Assembly: GCA_034520945.1 (NCBI GenBank)
Contig: JAXHNB010000005.1
Coordinates: 831,529-895,528, forward strand
Source: Trueperaceae bacterium
Lineage (GTDB): Bacteria > Deinococcota > Deinococci > Deinococcales > Trueperaceae
Reading direction: 5' to 3'
DNA length: 64,000 bases
Shown: one piece after another, positions 54,464-64,000 of the stretch
How positions within the stretch are numbered: position 1 is the stretch's first letter
How the letters are laid out: every line of letters starts with the position of its first letter
Position numbers and translations under genes: made by a program
Notes under the pieces: model-generated
Seen by the model: the letters and a program-made list of their open reading frames with translations, nothing else
Database searches by the model: none
What the model was told of the DNA's origin: nothing

Positions 54464-54994
54464 GTGCACCACGTGCAAAGGCGCGTAGCGATCTTCATCG
54501 ACGGCAGCAACCTGTACAACGGGATGCGCGAGAACCTCCAGAACACGCGCGTGAATCTGGGCGAGCTCATCCAGCAGCTACGCGGGGACCGCTACCTGGT
54601 GCGGTGCTACTACTACAACGCGCCGCTGACGGACGATTACGGGGAGGACCTGCGGGATGGTCAGACCCGCTTTTTCGAGAGCCTGCGCCGCATCCCGTAC
54701 GTCACGGTGCGGCTGGGCAGGCTCCACCGCCGCCACGACGGCTCGCTGGTCGAGAAGGGCATCGACGTCTCGATCGCCGTGGAGGCGTTGGGGCTGGCCT
54801 ACGAGGACGCCTACGACGAGGCGGTGATCGTCTCCGGCGACGGCGACTACGTCGAGTTGGTCGAGGCGATCAAGCGGCGCGGCAAGCAGGTCGAGATCGC
54901 CATGTTCCGCAACCAGTCGGCCGGCATCCTGATGGAGTACGCCGACGTGTTCCGGCCCATGGACGAGCTCGGTTGGGACACCATCCTGTTCTGA
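54464..54994 (+). CDS. NYN domain (LabA/DUF88) protein
   Basis: FIDGSNLY, EKGIDV, SGDGDY. Confidence 0.9.
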   Translation: MHHVQRRVAIFIDGSNLYNGMRENLQNTRVNLGELIQQLRGDRYLVRCYYYNAPLTDDYGEDLRDGQTRFFESLRRIPYVTVRLGRLHRRHDGSLVEKGIDVSIAVEALGLAYEDAYDEAVIVSGDGDYVELVEAIKRRGKQVEIAMFRNQSAGILMEYADVFRPMDELGWDTILF

Positions 54995-55042
54995 CGCGGC
55001 CCAGCGCCGAGACGTCCGTCCCAAGCGGGCCCGGCCCGCCGC

Positions 55043-57136
<2,094 letters not shown>

Positions 57137-57212
57137 TCACCGCGGCTGTCCCCCTGGTATACTCACAACCGCACGCAACCCAACTTCTCTCGTTCGATGG
57201 AGGCACATCCAC

Positions 57213-58313
<1,101 letters not shown>

Positions 58314-58354
58314 GCATTCGCTGTTGCGGCCCGGACATGGGCCGTGCAGGACGG

Positions 58355-58384
58355 AAGGGCCCCGCGTCGTCGCGGGGCCCTTTT
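58355..58384 (+). terminator. Intrinsic terminator
   Basis: AAGGGCCCCGCG-TCGT-CGCGGGGCCCTTTT. Confidence 0.8.
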
Positions 58385-58415
58385 CGCGTGGGTGCGCGTG
58401 CTAGCATTCATGTTC

Positions 58416-58780
<365 letters not shown>

Positions 58781-58830
58781 GCAGCGGGCGGGGGTTCCCC
58801 CGCCCGCTTCTCATGGGACCCGTCCACGTA

Positions 58831-58855
58831 CCCACCCCCTCCCACCCTCTCCCAC
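58831..58855 (-). promoter_or_regulatory. Inverted array of three GTGGG boxes with 10-nt period (MraZ-box-like)
   Basis: CCCAC at 58831, 58841, 58851. Confidence 0.5.
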
Positions 58856-58986
58856 CCCGGGACGCGGGCCGCCGTTCGGGCGGCCGTGCCGCGCCCGTGG
58901 CGGCGCAGCGGCGCACGGTGCGCCGCCGGCCCGCCGGGCGCCGAGGTGGGAGATTTCACTCGAAACGGGCGCGAACGCGATTCGAC

Positions 58987-59027
58987 GTGGGAAATCGTGG
59001 GGATAGGTGGGAAATCCGTGCTAAACT
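58987..59027 (+). promoter_or_regulatory. MraZ operator (three GTGGG boxes) and dcw promoter -10
   Basis: GTGGG at 58987, 58997, 59007, then TG-C-TAAACT. Confidence 0.75.
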
Positions 59028-59130
59028 GCGGCATCGCGGGGGAAGACCGTCCGCCACGACCCCTCGGCGCGCCCGCCGCGCCCGGTCACGTCGGCAATCG
59101 CCCTCCGCGCGGTGGGACGAAGGGGGAACG

Positions 59131-59568
59131 ATGCCGTTCGGCGAATACCAATACGCGGTGGACGACAAGGGACGCGTAATCGTGCCCCCCGCCTTCCGCG
59201 AATTCGTCGAGGACGGCATGGTCGTCACCCGCGGCATGGAGGGATGCCTGTACGTGTTCCCGCTCCCCGCCTGGCGCCGCATCGAGGCACGCCTGACCGA
59301 GTTGCCCCTCACCGATCCGGAGGCGCGCAAGTTCGTGCGCTTCTTCTACTCGGGCGCGGCCAAGGCCAAGCTCGACGGGGCCGGCCGCATCACGCTGCCC
59401 GCCACCCTGCGCACCTTCGCCGACGTCGACGCCGCCCAAGGCGCCGTGGTGATCGCAGGCGCCCCCAACCGGTTGGAAGTATGGAACGAGACGCGCTGGC
59501 AGGCGAACCTCGCGAAGGTTCAAGAGGAGCCGCCCGCCCCCGAGCTGCTGTCGGAGTTGATCGGATGA
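59131..59568 (+). CDS. mraZ: Division/cell-wall cluster repressor MraZ
   Basis: DDKGRV, RG.EGCL, LDGAGRITLP, RLEVW. Confidence 0.95.
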   Translation: MPFGEYQYAVDDKGRVIVPPAFREFVEDGMVVTRGMEGCLYVFPLPAWRRIEARLTELPLTDPEARKFVRFFYSGAAKAKLDGAGRITLPATLRTFADVDAAQGAVVIAGAPNRLEVWNETRWQANLAKVQEEPPAPELLSELIG

Positions 59569-60431
59569 CCGAGGCCGCCGCCCACGTGCCGGTGATGCTG
59601 GACGCCTGTCTCGAGGCGCTGGCGCCCGCACCCGATCGGTGGATCGTGGACGCCACCTTCGGCGCGGGCGGGCACACCCGGGCGTTGCTGGACGCCGGCG
59701 CGTCCGTGCTGGCGATCGACCGCGACCCCTCCGCCGAGACGCGCGCGGCGCGGATCGCGCACCCCGACCTCGTGTTCGTGCGGGGCGACTTCCGCGACCT
59801 CGAACACCTGCTGCACGCCGCCGAGATCCCCGCGCCGCACGGCGTGCTGATGGACCTCGGCGTATCCAGCATGCAGCTCGACGACGCAGGGCGCGGGTTC
59901 GCGTTCCGCCAGGACGGCCCGCTGGACATGCGCATGGCGGGCGAAGGGCCCAGCGCGGCGGACGTGATCGCGCAAGCGGACGAGGCCGAACTGGCCGCGA
60001 TTCTGTACCGCTTTGGCGAGGAGCGGCACAGCCGCCGCCTGGCCCGCGGCATCGTGGCCGCCCGCCAGGAGGCGCCGATCACCACCACCGCCCGCCTGGC
60101 GGAGGTGGTGCGGGAGGCCTACCCGCCGGGACCCCGCCACGAGCACCCCGCCCGCCGCACGTTCCAGGCGCTGCGCATCCACGTCAACGACGAACTCGGC
60201 GCCCTTCAGGAAGGGCTCGAGGCCGCCGCGCGGGGGCTGGCGCCCGGCGGGCGGTTGGCGGTCCTCTCCTTCCACAGCCTGGAGGACCGCATCGTGAAGC
60301 ACTTCCTGCGCACCTCCAGCCGCCTGACCCCCCTGACCAAACGACCGCGCACGGCCGCCGCGGACGAGATCGCCGACAATCCGCGTGCGCGCGCCGCCAA
60401 GCTCCGGACCGCCGAGAAGGTGTCGTCATGA
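59565..60431 (+). CDS. rsmH: 16S rRNA m4C1402 methyltransferase
   Basis: HVPVM, DATFGAGGH, DLGVSSMQLD, PLDMRM, FQALRI.VN.EL, FHSLEDR, NPRAR.AKLR. Confidence 0.96.
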   Translation: MTEAAAHVPVMLDACLEALAPAPDRWIVDATFGAGGHTRALLDAGASVLAIDRDPSAETRAARIAHPDLVFVRGDFRDLEHLLHAAEIPAPHGVLMDLGVSSMQLDDAGRGFAFRQDGPLDMRMAGEGPSAADVIAQADEAELAAILYRFGEERHSRRLARGIVAARQEAPITTTARLAEVVREAYPPGPRHEHPARRTFQALRIHVNDELGALQEGLEAAARGLAPGGRLAVLSFHSLEDRIVKHFLRTSSRLTPLTKRPRTAAADEIADNPRARAAKLRTAEKVSS

Positions 60432-60748
60432 GCAGGGGGGCCGTGCGCTTCATCCCGGCGTACCTGCTGCTGCTGTTGGCGTTGGCGGGATTGGGCGCGT
60501 GGAACCAGCACCTGCTGGACCGCGAGCTGTCCCTCATCGAAACGCGCGAACGGGTCCGCGTCCAGGTCGTCGACCTGCGCGCCCGTGCCGCCGCCGTGCG
60601 CGGCCCCCTGGCCGTCGCCCGCTGGGCGCAGGACCACGGCATGGTCCCCGCCCCCGAAGTGGACCGCGCGGAGCAGGTGATGCCGCTGCGCGCCCCCGAG
60701 CTCGCCGTGAGCGAGACCGGCTTGGAGGTTCGAACCGTATGGCGTTGA
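60428..60748 (+). CDS. Probable FtsL-like cell division protein
   Basis: Position between rsmH and PBP; TM, coiled coil, A...GM motif. Confidence 0.65.
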   Translation: MSRGAVRFIPAYLLLLLALAGLGAWNQHLLDRELSLIETRERVRVQVVDLRARAAAVRGPLAVARWAQDHGMVPAPEVDRAEQVMPLRAPELAVSETGLEVRTVWR

Positions 60749-62142
60749 GACGCGCGACCGCCGCCGTCGAATCGGAGCTGCGCCTGGCCCGACGGCCGCT
60801 GCTCCTCGTGCTGTTCGCCGTGCCGATGCTGGCGGCCTTGGCCGGTTTCGGCTTGCAACAGCACGGCTCGCCCGCCTGGCCCGGTCCCCCCAGCGTGGCG
60901 CCCGAGCGGGGCCGCATCCTGGCGGCCGACGGCACCGTGTTGGCCGAGGGCGACGTCGCCACGCGCCGCTACCCCCAGGGCTCCCTCGCCGCCAACGTCG
61001 TCGGCTTCTCGGGCGCGGTGCAGCCCGACGGACGATACGGACTGGAAGGCGTCGAGTACGGCCTGGACGCACGCCTGCAGGCGGGCATGGACGCGACCCT
61101 CACGCTGGACCCGATCCTTCAGGGCGCTGCCGAGCGGCAGCTCGAGGCGGCCGTCGCCGAGAGCGGCGCCGAGAACGGCAGCGTGGTGGCCCTGGAGGTC
61201 GGCACCGGTCGCATCCTGGCGGCGGCCAGCTACCCCACCTTCGACCCCAACCACCAGAGCACGTACGGCCGCGCTGCCATTCGCAACCAGGCGTTCCTGC
61301 ACGAGTACGAACCCGGCTCGGTGATGAAGCCGTTCGTGATCGGCGCGCTGCTGCAGAGCGGGCGGTTGCAGCCCGACGAGATGGTGCCGGCGCCCCCGGC
61401 CAAGCGGGTGGGGAACCAGACCTTCCAAGACGTCGCCAGCCACCCCGACGAGTTGGTGGTGCGCGACGTGCTGCGCTACAGCAGCAACACCGCGATGCTG
61501 TCCCTCACCGAGCGGTTCGAGCCGCGGGAGCTCTCCGGCTGGCTGTCGCACTACGGCTTCGGACAGGAGGTGCCGGTCCGCTCGGCGTTCACGCGGTCCG
61601 GCCACCTGAACGACTGGCACGACTGGGTGCCGCAGGACCAAGCCTCCGTCACCATCGGCCAGTCGATGGCGACCACCCCCCTGCAGTTGGCGGCCGCCTA
61701 CGCCGTGTTCGCCAACGACGGCGTGTACGTTCCGCCCGTCCTGGTCGACGACGAGGCCACCGCCGAGCCCTACCGCGTCCTGTCCAGCGAGGTCGCCCGC
61801 ACCGTCCGCGAGATGCTGCACCACACCGTCGAGGAGAGCGGCCTGGCCGCCTCGCGGATCCCCGGCGTGTCCGTGGCCGGCAAAACCGGCACCGCCGACA
61901 TCTGGTCCAACGAGCAGGGGACCTACCCCGCGGGCTGGTACTCGCTGACCTTCGCCGGCATGTTCCCCGCCGATGATCCCGAAGTGGTGATGGTGGTGAT
62001 GCTGCAGAAGCCCGACCCGGGTGCCACCAGCACCTACGTCGCCGCACCGCTGTTCCGCGCCATCGGCAGCGAAGTGGTGGCGCACTGGGGCGTCGTGCCC
62101 GGGCCGGACCGCCTGTTGGGCGCCCGCGGCGAGCTCCCGTGA
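60739..62142 (+). CDS. ftsI: Class B penicillin-binding protein (FtsI-like)
   Basis: RGRILAADG, RRYPQG, GLEGVE, EPGSVMK (SxxK), SSN, KTGT. Confidence 0.88.
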   Translation: MALRRATAAVESELRLARRPLLLVLFAVPMLAALAGFGLQQHGSPAWPGPPSVAPERGRILAADGTVLAEGDVATRRYPQGSLAANVVGFSGAVQPDGRYGLEGVEYGLDARLQAGMDATLTLDPILQGAAERQLEAAVAESGAENGSVVALEVGTGRILAAASYPTFDPNHQSTYGRAAIRNQAFLHEYEPGSVMKPFVIGALLQSGRLQPDEMVPAPPAKRVGNQTFQDVASHPDELVVRDVLRYSSNTAMLSLTERFEPRELSGWLSHYGFGQEVPVRSAFTRSGHLNDWHDWVPQDQASVTIGQSMATTPLQLAAAYAVFANDGVYVPPVLVDDEATAEPYRVLSSEVARTVREMLHHTVEESGLAASRIPGVSVAGKTGTADIWSNEQGTYPAGWYSLTFAGMFPADDPEVVMVVMLQKPDPGATSTYVAAPLFRAIGSEVVAHWGVVPGPDRLLGARGELP

Positions 62143-62196
62143 GCCGACCCGACGCGGCAGCGCGGCGCGTGGACGCGCGGCCGCGCCGGAGGTAGC

Positions 62197-63558
62197 GTGG
62201 CAGGCAGAGACGTGATGACGCGCCCCCTTGCCTCCCCCACCCCCGATGGCCTGGATGCCGGCACGCTGGCAGCCCTGCTGGGCAGCACGACGCCGGCCGC
62301 GTCGCTGCCGCCGGTGCGGGGCGCCACCCACCACAGCGGCCGCGTGCGGGCGGGGGACGCCTTCTTCGCCCTGCCCGGCGCCCAAGGGCACGGCATCGCC
62401 CACGCCGACGAGGCCCTGAATGCCGGCGCCGCCCTGGTGGTGTCCGACCGGCCCCACCCGCGCGGCATCCACGTCGGCGACCCCGCCGCCGCCCTGCTGC
62501 GCCTGGGGGCCTGGGCCCGCGGGCGCCTACGGTGCCCCGTGGTGGCGGTCACCGGCTCGGCCGGCAAGACCACCGCGAAGGCGCTGCTGCGGGCGGCCCT
62601 GGACGGGGAGGCGTCCGACGGGAACCTCAACACCCCGCACGCCCTGGCCGGGCGCCTGATGCGCGCGTGGGCCGACGGGGACGCACGACCGCTGGTGCTG
62701 GAGCTCGGCATCGACCGACGGGGCGAGATGGCGGAGCTGACGCAGCTGGTGCGCCCCGACGTGGCGGTCCTGACCAACCTGTCGGCCGGCCACCTGGACG
62801 GCCTCGGCGACCCGGCCACGGTGGTGCGGGAGAAGAGCGTCATGCTGCACGGCGCCGCGCGCTGCCTGGCGGCCGATGAGGCCTGGCAGCGCCTGGAGGC
62901 GTCGCTGGGCACCCGCACCGTCCGCTACGGCCTGGACGCGCCCCACGCCGAGTGGCGCGGCACGCTGCAGGGCGACCCCTTCGCGCCCGAATTGGCGGTG
63001 CACGCCCCGACGACGCGCACGCTGCCGCTCCCCGGGCTGGGGACCGGCTTGGCGGAGAGCGCGCTGGGCGCCCTCGCCGTCGCCGACCTCCTCGGCGTGC
63101 CCCAGGACGACGCGGCCGGGCGCCTGCCGCACGCCCCCCTCGAGCCGGGGCGGCTGCAGCTGCTACGCCTCGGCCGCCTCACGGTCTTGGACGATAGCTA
63201 CAACGCCAACCCCGCCTCCGGCGCGCAGGCCCTGGAGCTTCTCCGCCAAGCGCCCCCGCCGCGCGTGGCGCTGCTGGGCGACATGCTCGAACTGGGCGAG
63301 GAGAGCCGGCGCCACCACCGCGACCTGGGCGCGGCCACGCGCGGGCTGGACCTGGTGCTGGCCGTCGGGCCGGAGGCCCGCGCCCTCCGCGAGGGCAACC
63401 CGGCGGTGCGGACGCTGTCGATGGACGACGCCCTCGCCGCCGTCGCCGAGTTGCCGACCCAGGGCACCGTCCTGGTCAAGGCCTCCCGCGGCATGCGCTT
63501 CGAGCGGTTGGTCGAGGCGCTCCGGGCGCGCGCGCAGGCGGGGGCGGGGGCACCGTGA
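62197..63558 (+). CDS. murF: UDP-MurNAc-tripeptide:D-Ala-D-Ala ligase
   Basis: VTGSAGKTTAK, GNLN, VLELG...GEM, DDSYNANP, LGDMLELG, VKASRG. Confidence 0.92.
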   Translation: MAGRDVMTRPLASPTPDGLDAGTLAALLGSTTPAASLPPVRGATHHSGRVRAGDAFFALPGAQGHGIAHADEALNAGAALVVSDRPHPRGIHVGDPAAALLRLGAWARGRLRCPVVAVTGSAGKTTAKALLRAALDGEASDGNLNTPHALAGRLMRAWADGDARPLVLELGIDRRGEMAELTQLVRPDVAVLTNLSAGHLDGLGDPATVVREKSVMLHGAARCLAADEAWQRLEASLGTRTVRYGLDAPHAEWRGTLQGDPFAPELAVHAPTTRTLPLPGLGTGLAESALGALAVADLLGVPQDDAAGRLPHAPLEPGRLQLLRLGRLTVLDDSYNANPASGAQALELLRQAPPPRVALLGDMLELGEESRRHHRDLGAATRGLDLVLAVGPEARALREGNPAVRTLSMDDALAAVAELPTQGTVLVKASRGMRFERLVEALRARAQAGAGAP

Positions 63559-64000
63559 TGCCGGTCGCCTGGGCCCTCGGGGCCGCGCTTCTCTCCTGGC
63601 TGCTCACCGGCCTGTTCCTGGTGGCGTCCCGGACGCGCGGCTGGGGCAAGTCCGTGCGCCGGGACGGGCCCGCGGGGCACCTCGCCAAGGAGGGCACGCC
63701 CACCATGGCCGGCGTCGCGTTCCTGGCCGCCACCCTGGTGAGCGTGATGTTGCTGGCCGGCATGGGGCATCTGGACCGGCCGGTGCAGGTGCCCGGCCGC
63801 GACGCGCCGCTGGCGGAGGCAGGCGGCGCGATGCTGGCGCTGGTGCTGCTGGTCCTGGCCAGCGGCGCGCTGGGGCTGTGGGACGACCTCACCTCGCTGG
63901 ACCGAAAGCGCCGGGCGTCCGAGCACATCGACGCCGCCACCGGCGTGCTGGCGCGGTGGCGGTTGGCGGCGCAGACCGGCGTCGCGCTGGCGTTCGCGGT
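63558..64000 (+). CDS. mraY: Phospho-MurNAc-pentapeptide transferase (3'-truncated by window edge)
   Basis: DGP.GHLAKEGTPTMAG, GLWDD; follows murF. Confidence 0.9.
   Translation, partial: MPVAWALGAALLSWLLTGLFLVASRTRGWGKSVRRDGPAGHLAKEGTPTMAGVAFLAATLVSVMLLAGMGHLDRPVQVPGRDAPLAEAGGAMLALVLLVLASGALGLWDDLTSLDRKRRASEHIDAATGVLARWRLAAQTGVALAFA

Noticed and set aside
62142..62197. Missing murE between ftsI and murF
   Set aside because: dcw clusters are often rearranged; murE probably lies elsewhere and there is no sign of a deletion scar

Overview
Very GC-rich bacterial chromosomal window. Several features point to Deinococcota, possibly a Truepera-like lineage (inference): a DnaE carrying a Deinococcus-Thermus-type insertion, a PriA lacking Walker A, many leaderless -10/ATG starts and a Thermus-style 37-nt CRISPR repeat. 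Core genes are thrS, pilT, dnaE, tRNA-Cys and tRNA-Val, dnaJ-hspR, smc, birA, cysE, hisS-aspS-asnS, smpB, priA, a two-component pair, luxS, ligA, rnpB and the start of the dcw cluster. There are three accessory zones. (1) At 4.26-5.79 kb an intact group II intron RT retains only RNA domains III(part)-V, is bracketed by a GACTGA direct repeat and sits on the pilT start. (2) At 11.1-15.2 kb, after the tRNAs, there are broken purD/purN genes, a cytochrome c and an OsmC-methyltransferase pair. (3) At about 25.9-38.35 kb is a mosaic island with a patatin/DUF3376-like gene, an intact AbiE TA pair and many gene fragments. Its most striking part is a relic type I-C-like CRISPR locus (cas2 3' end, leader, one repeat) whose repeat abuts, base-precisely, the right end of an ISDra2-like IS200/IS605 element. 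The apparently complete TnpB omega-RNA scaffold would therefore carry the CRISPR repeat as its guide. The island ends in a sigma4-HTH-fused tyrosine recombinase with a dif-like 11-6-11 site directly upstream. All calls come from reading motifs by eye; no database searches were run.
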